Shown here piece after piece: positions 37,082 to 50,177 of a DNA stretch of 64,000 bases (within the stretch, counting starts at the first letter, position 1; each line of letters opens with the position of its first letter). Location: positions 45,694,001 to 45,758,000 of the forward strand of contig OZ024751.1 in assembly GCA_964016885.1 (NCBI GenBank), read 5' to 3'. The DNA comes from Eledone cirrhosa. Taxonomy: Eukaryota. The notes below the pieces were generated by a model. That model searched no databases and was not told where the DNA came from. It saw only the letters and a list, made by a program, of their open reading frames with translations. Both the position numbers and the translations under genes were made by a program.

Positions 37082-39033
37082 TAGTATGATATGATACATA
37101 TCATAACCTCCAAGAATACATACCTACATATCTATTTCCTCATAGCCCCCTCTCTCCTTACCCCTACCCCATATATATAGACACATGCATACATCAAGTT
37201 AAGTTCATTGTAAGACTGTTAGAGATACCTGTTAGACCCACGTGAGCCATGTTCTAAATGTGGCAACAGAATGTAGACAAGAGAAGTGTGAAGACATAAG
37301 ACAACACTATTTATACACCTTGTGCGGTGTGTGTGTGTGTTTTGATATGTGCGCATGTGTGTTTTCTCATTCTCACTCACACACACATAAATAAATAAAT
37401 AAATACATATATATAATACATATTTACACACACCTGCTTTATAGGAAGGAAATAAGTTTGCTTACCTCTAGCTCTCACATCCAAACATGAAGTGGTTCTT
37501 ACACAATTACTTAAACATCAATTACTATTATTATTAGTACTATCATTATTATTATTATGAACCTTGTTTTATTTATTTTTATTTCCTGTTGTTTCTTTTT
37601 GTTTGTGTGTTTTTCCCCTCTTCTTCTTTAGGAAAGTTTTTTTATTCATCTCTTTTTTTTATTTATTTATTTAATTATTTTGCCAAGAACAAGGATGTCT
37701 TTGAAGTAATGAAAGCCAAGAAGAAAGGTCATCTGTCTCTCCACGTGTGTGTGTTTATCTGTGTGTCTGTCTGCCAGTCTGTCTGAGTACAGACTTCTTT
37801 CAATGAAATGTACTTTAGAAGAGAAAGTACTGAAATATTTCTGAACCTTGCATAAACCATTGACGAAGAGCCTCTACTTGGTTAGTCAACCTACTAGAAA
37901 TAGTAGCCGCATCTTCCTCATGTTACACTCTACCATCTTTAACCCTTTAATTACTATATCTAATGAAATAGATTGCACTTAAATTAACGAATGAAGAATT
38001 TGGAGGGGTTTACTAGGATTTTTAATCATTTTGTAATACAAATTGAAAGACTTTTTCTGATTAATATGTAATTATATATAAATCACATCAAAGACTGGGC
38101 TGGTCACAATATCGAGACCCTTCTATGTATGATGGAGAAGACCAGTGGTAACAGCTAACTACAAAAGCATCTAGAGTGGCACCCCAACAATTGGAAATGT
38201 GATTGATATATTAATCAGAAACTTGTTATAAGTAAGTTGTATTTATTCTATGCTATCAGGTTTTGGGCCCAAACTTTAACTACCCCTGTGTAGTCCCATC
38301 ATCCTCTTAGGGATCCCTGTATTAGATATACTCTGGCTGCAAAAAGAAAATGGGATGGTCATGGCTGGAATGCTTTTGATCACCCTGTGTCTACCAAGTC
38401 AGAGAAAAAAGCATAGTGAGTGCACTTGACCCTTACCAAGGCTACCTGAGACTGGTGAGAGGGTGAGGTGAAGGTAGGAAGTACCCATGGCCCTTTCCAG
38501 AATGGGAGGGATGGGATATATCCTCAACCCAGAGACCTGGTCTGAATATTGGTAACAACCATGTGGACTCTGCCAAGGTTCAGGTGGAGGTTAAAGCAGG
38601 CAACAGATTAAGTTTACTACCTAAGTATTCCACAGTAGGATTTGAACTCAGTTTGCAAAGATCCAGAAGAAATACTGCAAGCTATCTAGCCTAATACTCT
38701 AACATATCCACCAATCCACTACTCTGGACTGCTACTTTATTTTAGCAATCCTGACTCAATGAATGGATGCAAGACAAAGTAGACCATGGCAAGATTTCAA
38801 CTCAGTGAACCTGATTAGATACCATAGGTCATTATTCTGTTTATTGACTGGAGCCAATGTTTGATATCAAGATGAAATGAGGTACTAAATAATTTGTAGT
38901 ATCTAGCTTCACACCTCTATAGTTTCACTCCATATCTTTATTCTACTACAAACACATATCCTAGACCAACAATGGCATACTGCTCCAGCATCTGGGACAG
39001 TGCTTCTGCTATATACATGTAGACACCCTAGAC

Positions 39034-39353
39034 CAGGGTTTCCAAGCTTGGGCAATGAGCAACTGAACAGAAAAAGTGGCCGAAATGGAATTTTGGCGGA
39101 TGATATAGGACTTTGAGCATTAAGAAAGTATTTCAACATATGCTACCTGAACAAATATTCAAAGGAGATATGGAAAGAATCTGTATATATGAAAACAAAA
39201 CAAAACAGGAAGCTAAATGGTAATAACGAACCAGTAACAAACTTTTACCAAATAGTTTTGATATGCTTTTGAATATTTTACTATACATGTGGGCAGTGGA
39301 AAATTTTTCCATGTGAAAGTGGGCAATGACAGAAATATGGTTGGGAACCCCTA
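39034..39353. mobile_element. hAT (Charlie-like) MITE with 8-bp TSD, inserted in an old LINE-like remnant
   Basis: Ends cagggtttccaa and ttgggaacccct(a). TSD ccctagac at 39026-39033 and 39354-39361. Flanks loosely resemble a decayed RPTMxYCS.IW LINE motif. Confidence 0.7.
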
Positions 39354-40668
39354 CCCTAGACTCACAATGCTTCCACATCTGGGATAGTGCTGCTAAACAC
39401 TCAGGTATACTAAACCCATAGATGAGCTGTCTCCTCCCTCGTCCATTACAACTGGAGGGGAGTAAACCCACTCAAAACCATAGGTCTATACCAACTGGCT
39501 TACCTAGCATCCTCCCCCACCTGTTCTGGTCTGCATATATCTTGCAGCAGCAGAGAAAATGGCCATAAAACTCTTATATATATACTTACACAATCACACC
39601 TGCGCACACAGATACTCATATTACCCCATAGACACACACATATACTAACCCCCCCCCTCTGTACAAAACAACCCTCTTCCACACATACACCCCCCTACAT
39701 ATACACACACATAGAAAATATCCCTCACCACACACAGAAAATATACACCCCACCTCACTCTACACAAATACCTACAATATGTACAAGAAGCTATAAACAG
39801 TGGAATTAATGGTGTTTTAAGGAGGACATTGGAAGTATTTGAACAATTCTCTATCTCCCCCACTCCCACCCCATACTTCTTTAGTTTCTTTTCTCCCTCC
39901 TCACTCTCTCTCCATCCTTGACAAAAATGTGCCACCTGGGTACCCACTACATTGCACTCTTTAGACCCCCCCCCCCACCACCACCACCACAACAGACCGT
40001 TCTTCCTTTCCCAACGCATTCACCTGAACTGAACAAAGTGTATAGGGGTGGGTCTGTGTAAGTGGGTGGGTGAGTTTGTGTGTGGTGGTGGGTGTGGATG
40101 TGTGTGTGTGTATATATATATATAATAATGGAGGTGGGTGTAATTATTAGCACTGTTTCATTGCCAAAGAATGGGGTTTGAGAGTAACTTGTGCCATTTC
40201 AGGACAGTGGCTGGAAACTCTATCTGGGGGCCATTTTGCTGTAATTACATTTAACATGAACAGTGTTGGGGTGGCGTGGGGTGGGTCGTAGGCAGTGGTG
40301 AGGGTTATGGACAACCTTCTGAAATTCCCTCCCCATCCATGTATTTTCCTGCAGACACCAATGTCAACCTAAACATAAAATATCAATTTCTCCAGTGTTG
40401 AAGGGGCTGGATTGTGAAGGCCATGGGTACAACACCTTCCTCTTGGTAAAGACATAAAAGTAAGTGAATAAATAAACAACACTTTTATTCATCTATGCTC
40501 CTACATTTACATGTGGACATCAGTGGTTAACACTTTCAATCAATATGGCCCCTACACACATGAGCAGCTCTTAACCACAAACCTACACTGTTAAACTTAG
40601 TAGGGCAGCTGTGGTTTCACAATATTTAACCATAGACCTACACTTAGTAGTACTTCAATAAGAGCACT

Positions 40669-40988
40669 ACACTTAGTTGGAGTACAATATCTAACAACAC
40701 TTTAATGCATCTATACTTCTACACTTAGTTGGAGTACAATATCTAACAACACTTTAATGCATCTATACTCCTACACTTAGTTGGAGTACAATATCTAACA
40801 ACACTTTAATACATCTATACTCCTACACTTAGTTGGAGTACAATATCTAACAACACTTTAATACATCTATACTCCTACACTTAGTTGGAGTACAATATCT
40901 AACAACACTTTAATACATCTATACTCTTACACTTAGTTGGAGTACAATATCTAACAACACTTTAATACATCTATACTCCTACACTTAG
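40669..40988. repeat. 52-bp minisatellite, 6 copies
   Basis: Unit cacttagttggagtacaatatctaacaacactttaatacatctatactccta. Confidence 0.95.
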
Positions 40989-41726
40989 AACAGCCAGCCA
41001 AGTTTAATATATGAAATCACTGATACTCCCCTATAAAATGAAGCCAGGCAGAATGGTGAGAGATCTCACCACCAGATAAATCACATCAAAATGTTGTGAG
41101 TCAGTTTGAGGAAGAAGAATATTAGGAGTGCTGTGGTTGTTGAAAGAGAATGTAATCTATAGCTGTATGACATTGGATATTTTAGTAACCCACAACCCAC
41201 GTTGTTGGCGACATATCCAGTTACAACAGCACTCTGTAGCTTGAATTTAATTTAGCTTACAGCCATATCACATTAAAACATCAAGCCTGGCTAATGCTCC
41301 AAAAGCAGGAACTGACTGGATAAACCAACTGAGGCAATATATTGGCACAGTGGAATGGTTTCTAAGATATGGTATGCTTTCCAGGGTTTCAAATAAGATA
41401 CAATGCAGGGACACACAATTGGGTGGTTAGAGGACCACGGGACATAAAAAGCACAAGTTAGAATTATTCTACAATTGGTAATGTTAGGTTATTAAAAAAA
41501 TATTTCTCTGTGTGCGAGTGTGTATATATATATACATATATATATATACACATAGTGTGTATATATATATATACACACATTAATATTCTACCCAATTAAA
41601 AGAGGACATATTAGAACTTCATGTGAATATTCTATTAAAGCAAAGCAAAATTTGTTTTCATGAAAAAGTGGTATTTTAATATATGTTGTTGAGTAATATA
41701 TATACACATATATGTATGTATGTATG

Positions 41727-41759
<33 letters not shown>

Positions 41760-42104
41760 ATACATATATGTATTGTTAAAAATGTAGTATTTTTTTATGC
41801 ATAAACTGAATAACGAACTCAATGCAAGTGTAGAATCTAACATTACTATTTTGAGAGTTTAGGTATACCAGATACCTGGCAAAACTTTGAAGTTGGCAAT
41901 TAAAATAAAGTACACACGCACGCATATACATATATATATTGTACATGTTGGCTTGAAGGAATGAATTAGCTACTGGTGGTGTAATCCTAGTCAGTCAAAG
42001 ATGGTTGATAAATTCCACTATTACCAGTATTGAGTCCTCTCAACAGTAAATGTTTGTTGCTTTTTCTAACTCTCTATGTCAACTACAAAGAAGAAAGGAC
42101 ATTA

Positions 42105-42719
42105 AATGATACACACGCACACACACATATATATTCACACGTGTATATGCATATGTACACACACACACACACATAAAAACATGCACACACACACACACAA
42201 ACATATATAAATACACACACACACGTGTATATACATACGTATATTATATACATATGTTTGTATATATACATACACACACACACACATAAAAACGTGCACA
42301 CACACAAAAACATATATAAATACACACACACACGTGTATATACATACGTATATTATATACATATGTTTGTATATATACATACACACACACACACACATAA
42401 AAACGTGTACACACACACACAAACATATAAATACACACACACATGTGTATATACATACGTATATTATATACATATGTTTGTATATATACATACACACACA
42501 CACACACATAAAAACGTGTACTCACACACACAAACATATAAATACACACACACATGTGTATATACATACGTATATTATATACATATGTTTGTATACATAC
42601 ACACACACACACACACACAAATACATAAAAACGTGCACACACACACACAAATATATAAATACACACACACACGTGTATATACATACGTATATTATATACA
42701 TATGTTTGTATATATACAT

Positions 42720-42750
<31 letters not shown>
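42105..42750. repeat. ~110-bp tandem repeat built from (CA)/(TA) microsatellite blocks
   Basis: Recurring cacgtgtatatacatacgtatattatatacatatgtttgtatatatacatacacac...ataaaaacgtg units. Confidence 0.85.
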
Positions 42751-42752
<2 letters not shown>

Positions 42753-42753
<1 letters not shown>

Positions 42754-43002
42754 GTTATTCCGGGTTGAATCGGAGGTAACCACAGTAAGTAAGGTACTCA
42801 ATACATTGTAGAGTATAAAAGTTTTAATATAGATGAGATTCTACAGGACTAGAACTGTTTCATTCTTTAGAAATCATCAGGAATCTCCTACCACCTGAAG
42901 AGACCTATAAATACCATATTTATTTTTTGATACCCAGATTCCTGATGATTTCTAAAGAATGAAACAGTTCTAGTCCTGTAGAATCTCATCTATATTAAAA
43001 CT
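42753..43002 (-). mobile_element. Fold-back Penelope-like element (second family): tail 42753-42819, 67-bp perfect arms 42820-42886 / 42936-43002, 49-bp spacer, between (TA)n tracts
   Basis: agttttaatatagatgagattctacagg...catcaggaatct is the reverse complement of agattcctgatg...catctatattaaaact. Confidence 0.75.
42936..42986 (+). ncRNA. Type I hammerhead ribozyme motif (mirror copy on minus strand at 42836-42886)
   Basis: Stem I AGATTC / GAATCT; CTGATGA (42942); short stem II TTC-taaa-GAA with U.U at the base; GAAA (42961); stem III CAG-ttctagtc-CTG; GTA cleavage triplet, cut after 42980. Confidence 0.75.
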
Positions 43003-43007
43003 ATATC

Positions 43008-43047
<40 letters not shown>

Positions 43048-43050
<3 letters not shown>

Positions 43051-43520
43051 AAGGTTTTATTTAAAATTGTTGGGTTACAACAAGTAAATATTTTATAACT
43101 GATATAAAGCACTCGACAAGTTTTTGGAGTAGATATACGATATTAAACAAATGGAAACTATATTTATAAAACCATATTTATTTCATTATACATATTTCAG
43201 GGATACCATATTAAAAATATGGCATGCCTTCGTCAGATAAAATACAATATATAAACAGTTTTATAAATAATTTTGACGTACCATATTATAAGCGACCATT
43301 ATATTAGCGACCATTATATTAGGAAGCTGACTATCCAGACAGCTTCCTAATATAATGGTCGCTTATAATATGGTACGTCAAAATTATTTATAAAACTGTT
43401 TATATATTGTATTTTATCTGACGAAGGCATGCCATATTTTTAATATGGTATCCCTGAAATATGTATAATGAAATAAATATGGTTTTATAAATATAGTTTC
43501 CATTTGTTTAATATCGTATA
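43048..43520 (-). mobile_element. Fold-back Penelope-like element, same family as 31506-31924: tail 43048-43133, arms 43134-43329 / 43340-43520
   Basis: Palindrome centred on ggaagctg-actatccaga-cagcttcc. The left arm has an extra agcgaccattatatt duplication. The tail aligns by eye with the reverse complement of 31834-31924. Confidence 0.75.
43410..43475 (+). ncRNA. Minimal type I hammerhead ribozyme motif (mirror copy on minus strand at 43179-43244)
   Basis: Stem I TATTTTAT / ATGAAATA; CTGACGA (43418); stem II AGG(C)ATGCCATATT-ttt-AATATGGTAT(C)CCT; GAAA (43456); TATGTA; TA cleavage site after 43467. Confidence 0.72.
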
Positions 43521-43945
43521 TATACGTAAAATGATGATGATGATATGTATATATCATGGTTATTTTACGTCTGTTTTTCTTACTGCCATTATAGAGTTAC
43601 CATTCTTCTACATGGGTCAAACGATCATATCTTGTTCTTATCAAAGAAAAATATATTATAATTTTGATTCTTTTGCTGGTTTCAGTCACTGGTTTTTGCC
43701 CATGCTAATGCACCACTTTCAAGGATTCTAGTTTACCATGTTAGTCCCCCACCCCAGTACATTTAATATGGCATTTATTTTAACCACACTCCACCCCCAA
43801 ATTTTTAAGCTAAAAAGTCATCTGATAAAGCATTAGTCAGTCTCCAGCTCCAGTAGAAGACACATTGAGGCTTGAACCCAAAATCATTGGGTTGCTAAGC
43901 AAACTTCTTAGCCACACAGCTATACCTCTCTCTCTATATATATAT

Positions 43946-43980
<35 letters not shown>

Positions 43981-44048
43981 CGAATACATACATTTATACA
44001 CACATGCATAGTGGGAAAAGAGGGAGACAAAAATACAGAATGTGTGTT

Positions 44049-44080
<32 letters not shown>

Positions 44081-44669
44081 TCAAGGGAGAGAGAGATTTG
44101 TTAGAGAGAAGAGAGAGAGAAACAGTATGTTGACAAAAGACAGTGAAGAGGAATGGAAGAAAGATCAGTTTACATGACCATTATTACAGTAGTGGGGGTG
44201 GGCCAGGATGGAAATGGAGGGGGAAACTCCTTGAGAGATCAATAACATAGTAGAAATGTGAGAGAGGGAGAGGGGTGTTGGTGGAAGTGCATGAAGAAAT
44301 GAAACAGAGATCCAGTGTGGTTGGAGTTGCTATTCTGTGTGTACATAGTATCACATTTATTTCAAACACTCATCATCATCATCATCAGAATGGAAAAGAA
44401 ACAATTGTTGTTGTTGTTGCTGTTGAAGGTCACTGGATTGGCAGAATTGGTTGAGATGCCCAACAAAATACTTTCTGACATCTACTTATGCCCCTTCACT
44501 TTCTCAGTTCAAATCTCGCTGGTGATTGATTTTGCTATTCATATTTCCGAAGGGGGATGAAGAGGCGGAAGGGTGTCAGTGAAATAAAATAAAGTAACAG
44601 TCAAGTATCTCCCTCCATCCATCCCAACCACAAAATCTACCTACATTAGAAATTATCATTATATGTAAT

Positions 44670-44860
44670 TAGCGGTGGACCATCAGTATTGGCAGAGGGT
44701 CGGACGCCATGCTTTGCAGCAAAAGAGTTACAGCCCTTTAAGGTCTGAGTTCAAATCCCGCCGAGGTTAACTTTGCCTTTCATCCTTACGGGGTCGATAA
44801 AATAAAGTACCAGTAATGCACTGGGTAATTGCTGGCCTTGTGCCAAAAAGTAGAAACAAT
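44670..44860 (+). mobile_element. SINE family A copy with apparent TSD attatatgtaattagc; degenerate relatives on both sides
   Basis: Standard family A core. attatatgtaattagc precedes (~44658) and follows (~44859) the element. Confidence 0.8.
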
Positions 44861-45880
44861 TATATGTAATTAGCAGGATGGTTGGTGTATCAAACAAAAT
44901 ACTCCCACGATATCTAGTTACAGTTCTTTATGTTCTGTGTTCAAATCCTGCCCAGGTTTGTATCCTTCTGGGGTTGATAAAATAATGTACCAGTCAATGA
45001 AGTGCAACAGAAAAGGACATATATCAGTAATACACTGAGGTTTGATTTACATATAATTTTGAAATAATCAAGAATTTGGAAAGATTTAGTAATATAATTA
45101 ACTTCCATATTATTAAGCTGTTGGTTGGAACATAACTTAATACATGAAATTTATGGTGGATGGTTTTTAGATACATATAACCACTTTAAAACAAATAATT
45201 TTGTAACCAGGGGCGGTTTCTGGCAGTTGATATCAAAAGGGTTAAACAACTGTACACACAACTAAACAACTACACCCTTGACAACTAACTCAACACACCT
45301 ATACATTTATCCCTATTGTCACAAAACAAAATTGTTCTTAGCAAGGGTCCTCAACATGTGCGCTAATCAATTGCTAATCAATTGCTAATCAATTGACAGA
45401 TAGATATATTTCTTTATTAGCCACAGGGGCACAAAAGAAGGGGACAAATACAAAGGGGGAAGTTTACATACAATAAAAACGTGTAAAATGTTATCACAGA
45501 TGGAATTTAAAAGATAGATAGATAAACAGATAGAACAAAGTCATCATAAATTATTTGATATATGTTTCATAATGATTAAAGAAAATATGGAGAAAATTAT
45601 TGTAATTGATATAAAATATGGTGATGGTTAGAGTGACAAGAGGGAGGTCAAGGAAAATCAAGGACCCAAGAATCTTTACATAGAATGGTGTAATAAAGGA
45701 ATTATTAAATTAAATGTTCTATTTTTAGAAACGTTGAGTGGATATGTATTTATTGAAAATTTAGAAGCTTCAACATATTTTTTAAAGAAAAAAAATATGT
45801 TGAAACTTATAAATTAGTTTAAATATTTTTTACTATAAATAAACTGTCATTTTTGATGGGTACTATGCTAGTATATATAT

Positions 45881-46540
45881 ATCATCATTTTACGTCCGCT
45901 TTTCCCTGCTTGCAAGGGTGGAATGGGTCCTATTCAGCACAGCATCTCTCCACTTGTCACGGTCCTTCGTCATGTCCTCTGTGAGCTTCAAAAATCTGAG
46001 GTCTGCTCTCACCACCTCTGCCCATGTTTTTCGTGTTCTTCCTCTACTGCGTCTTCCTACTACTGGCATTTCTTGGCACTTCTTTACCCAGCGGTCATCC
46101 TCCATGCGCATCACATGTCCATACCATCGCAGTCTTCTCTCCCGCACACTACTATCCCTCTTAAACACAGCTTCTCTCTCAACACATCCATGCTCCGTCG
46201 CTCATGCACATTGACATTGCACATCCAACAGAGCATGCTTGCTTCATTTCTCTCCCGCCATCGCATATCCTCCGCAGTTGCTGTCCATGTCTCACTACCA
46301 AGCAACATCGCGTACCTCACACAGGCATCATATAACCGGCCTTTCGTATGTAGGGAGAAATCCTTCTTTGTCAGCAGAGGAAGCAGCTCCCTAAACTTCT
46401 TCCAACCCATCCTTATTCTAGATACTATGGCCTCGGAACCCCCCCCCCCCCCCCTCCGATGCTAATCTGATCACCTAGGTACCGGAAGCTATCAACCACT
46501 TCTATAGAACCTACCTGCATTTGAAAAATGTGTCTATCAA
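45881..46540 (-). mobile_element. 5'-truncated RTE-clade LINE 3' end
   Basis: Minus-strand GWKKFRELLPLL...LYDACVRYAMLLGSETW and RERRLRWYGHVMRMEDDRWVKKC...GRTRKTW, ending in ccacccttgcaagcagggaaaagcggacgtaaaatgatgat. Confidence 0.9.
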
Positions 46541-46692
46541 TGCAACTTCTACTGTCAAATTTCCCTATATATATATACAAGCATATGTACAGGAAAAAAA
46601 ATTGCTCCCCTTAGCAGGGATTCTCCATGTGTGCAGAAATGTGTGTGCTACATGAGAATGCTGAGGATGGCTCTGAACATTAATCAGTATAC

Positions 46693-46796
46693 ACTCGCCG
46701 AGGTAAACATTGCCTTTCATCCTTACGGGGTCGATAAAATAAAGTACCAGTAATGTACTGGGTAATTGTGGCCTTGTGCCAAAAAGTAGAAACAAT
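46693..46796 (+). mobile_element. 5'-truncated SINE family A copy
   Basis: Family A core and 3' end. attaat(c/t)agtatacact flanks both sides as a likely TSD. Confidence 0.8.
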
Positions 46797-47324
46797 TAAT
46801 TAGTATACACTGAGGACGAAGAACTCAGAGCTGTAGGGGAGCCTCCTAAAAGTCAGCTCAAAAGTGACACAGAGGAGACTGAGGTTAGCTGGAGATGCTC
46901 ATCGACATTCAGAGTTGACACTGCATTCAGTGGTCCTGTGGGAGCCCCTACACAGACACACTGGAAGAGGGAATCGATGACATATGTTGATGCACTAAGG
47001 ATAGACATTGGTCTCTGGGAGATGCAGGCCAAAGCGGTGATGATGAAGGACAGAGACCACTGGAGAGAACTTGTCCATGGATCTTGGGAATTTTACCCAC
47101 CGTAGATAGATAGGTATTTACACATACATACACACATATATATATATACAGCTTTAACTGCACTATTACATCTACAAACACTGCCACATACAGCATCACC
47201 ATTTAATGTCTATTTGCATGCTTGCATTGGTAAGACACACGCACACGTATAACATCAAAGTTTAACTCCATAGGTCACAGGCTCCTCAGACGAATTAAAA
47301 CACTGACTGCTAAAAAACATACAT

Positions 47325-47355
<31 letters not shown>

Positions 47356-50177
47356 CATATACACACACACACATATATATATATACACATACATACATAA
47401 GTGTAGATCAATTTAAACACACCTACACACACATTATTATTATGAGTGTAATTAAATCTTTTATGTGAAATTAATTAACAAATTATTGCAATCCCAGTTG
47501 TTTCACTAAGTTTCAAACTAATTAACTCCCATAGTCATTTGCAAAATGATTTTTTCAACATTAAGACTGTAATATTAATTATTAAAAATTTCTTGACTTA
47601 CTACAAATATTCTGGCACCTACTTTACTACTAAGTCTTTATGCAGCTGGCATCAATGGGTATACTCCCCACCCCACAATTTATAATGTCACTGTGTTCTT
47701 TCACACAAATCCTAATAACTCTACAGTCCTTTTAAGGCCTGCAGTTACGTTTAGACTAAGCTTCACTGATGAGGTATAAGATTGAAACATGTCCAAAGTT
47801 GTCCTACAAAAGATCATACTCCTTCCTCACTGTTCATCATCATTTTATGTACACTATTCTATGTTGTTACAAACTAAATCAGTACTTAATTGGTGCTACT
47901 ATTTCTCTTGATGGAGCAATGGACCATGTCTTGCTCACATCCATTCCATTTTGGCATGAGATCTACAGATGGATCCTCTTCTTGACACCAACCATTTTAC
48001 AATGTGGCTAGTGTTAGGAATTAATTAGAATTTAGTGGTTGACCCAATTTCTTTATATTCATAAGAATTAGTCATTTAGAAAATGATTGTTCTTGATCTT
48101 CTCATTAAAAGTCTAATTTTTAATTAACTAAAATTTACTTAGACTGTAGTCTTGGGTCCAAATATGACACTAAACTACACCCAATGGTTACACACTAGTT
48201 CCGGGGGTGTGTGGAGACAGCCCCTTGTGGCCCACTGATCTCATGTAGAAGTACTTGTTAGGGGTCCAACTATGGATTAGATAGCTCTGTAGTTGTACTG
48301 AGACCCTACATGGTGGATGGGGGACGACCTTCAGATGTGAAGGTTAGCTGCAAATAGGCTAAGAATAAACAGTCTTGGACCAAACACAGGTTGCTTTTTG
48401 GCAAGGTATAGAGCTATTGTTGCTACCTTCAGCAGGATTATGGTCATCTAGAGAAGTAAAACTCAACAATAAAATAACCCATTCCTATATTACATAGTAG
48501 GGGGAGGAGTATGTAGTAGTGGAAAGATTTCAAAGACTGATGTCTTGGATCACTAGATCTTCTGCTTCTTCAGTTGTTTTCAAGACAGATACAAGAGGAA
48601 CACTTCTCAGTGAGGGAGATAAGGATGTAATTGGCATTGTTTTTCCAAGCTCGAAACAGATCTGTTTGCGCTTTAAGAATTGCCATTTACCATTCTAAAG
48701 TAAGTTAGTTACACATAGTATCCCTTTTCTTATGCCTTGTTTTATGTCTCTACAGGATATTGAGTATGTTGTCTTTATATTATCTTTTATTACTGAATTA
48801 CTGTTCTTTTCACAAATTTTATTGAGCAACAAGCGTTGATATTATTGTGTATAGACCTAAATTATATATATATAAGAGAGAGAGAGAGAAGGGAGACAGG
48901 TCTTGGTTAGATATATACATATAGAAACACATAGGGAAGACCTCTCAGTTAGGGATATATACGTATGTATAACACATGCGTATATATATATATATATATG
49001 CGGAGAGAGAGAGAGAGGGGAGAGAGAGAAAGACATATATAGTGTGAACAGATCACAGGGAAATACATACATATATGTATGTATAATACAAACATACAGA
49101 AGAAGGTGGGAATGTATGTTAACCAGTTGAACAAAGAACAAGAACTCACTCATCCTCAAAACTGATTAACTTCCATTTATTTTTACCACAATACACCATA
49201 TTTTTCTCATTTAAACTATAAACCCTAATTATGTATGACATGCTGTGAAAGGGTCTCACAAGTAGAATATAATTAATTAATTACTTATGTTAATGAGGAT
49301 CATCTGACGGATGAAACTGCAGTAATTAATGAATCTTTTTAACATTTGTGTGAAGAAGTTTCACTTCAGTTCTCTCCCCTTCCCCTACCCCACACATTAA
49401 TGAGGATGAAGCAATGAGGGAGCATCTATATAGTTGCTCGATCAGAAAGAAATAGCAGCCAAATTCCCCTCAAACCATACCTTATTATCTTCAATAAAAA
49501 TGATGCACTTGCATAATGGAGGTCATAAGTGCAGTGAACACTAGAAAAAGATGGTAGTCAGTTGGATAATGGAGGTTGCAAATACACCGGTCACTAGAAA
49601 AAGACAGGATGGTCACAGTTGGAAGGCATTTAATCATAAGTCTGTCTGATCAGGGTTTATCTCAAGATAAACAACACAACATAAGTCTGGTCAATACGGA
49701 TTTATCTCAACCTAAACAACACATCTAGATTGATGAGCCTCAACTCTTGTCTGATATGTTGGATAAGATGTAGGATTAACTATCCATCAGGGCTCAAATT
49801 GTCAACCTCCTCGTGGCTCCTGGAAACTGATCACTGATCTCTGATCTTGATCAGGGGAACCACAATAACCTGAGACAAGTCTCATACTCAAGAAGAACTT
49901 CTCTTCAATTGTGAGATTAAACCCACTACAGATTTTCCCTAGTATTTCTTGGGAAGAACACTGTATTCTTTATTACCTGAGTTCACTTGTTGCCAGGATT
50001 ACTAATTAGGAATCTGACCATCTGGGAAACATTATCTGCTATAGACTGGCATCATGTCTTATCCAGGTGTGCAGTGGGTGGGTGGGGTATTTAGATAAAT
50101 AAGGGTGAGTCAGTAATTATACACAATGCACTTACAAATTTCTTCCTCATGGTTGGGAAAATTAGTTGCATGCCTAC

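Noticed and set aside
37466-37800. Possible non-coding 5' exon of the SOBP-like gene (minus-strand donor GAG|gtaagc at 37465)
   Set aside because: Only a donor-like motif. No acceptor, promoter or coding support can be established from the sequence alone.
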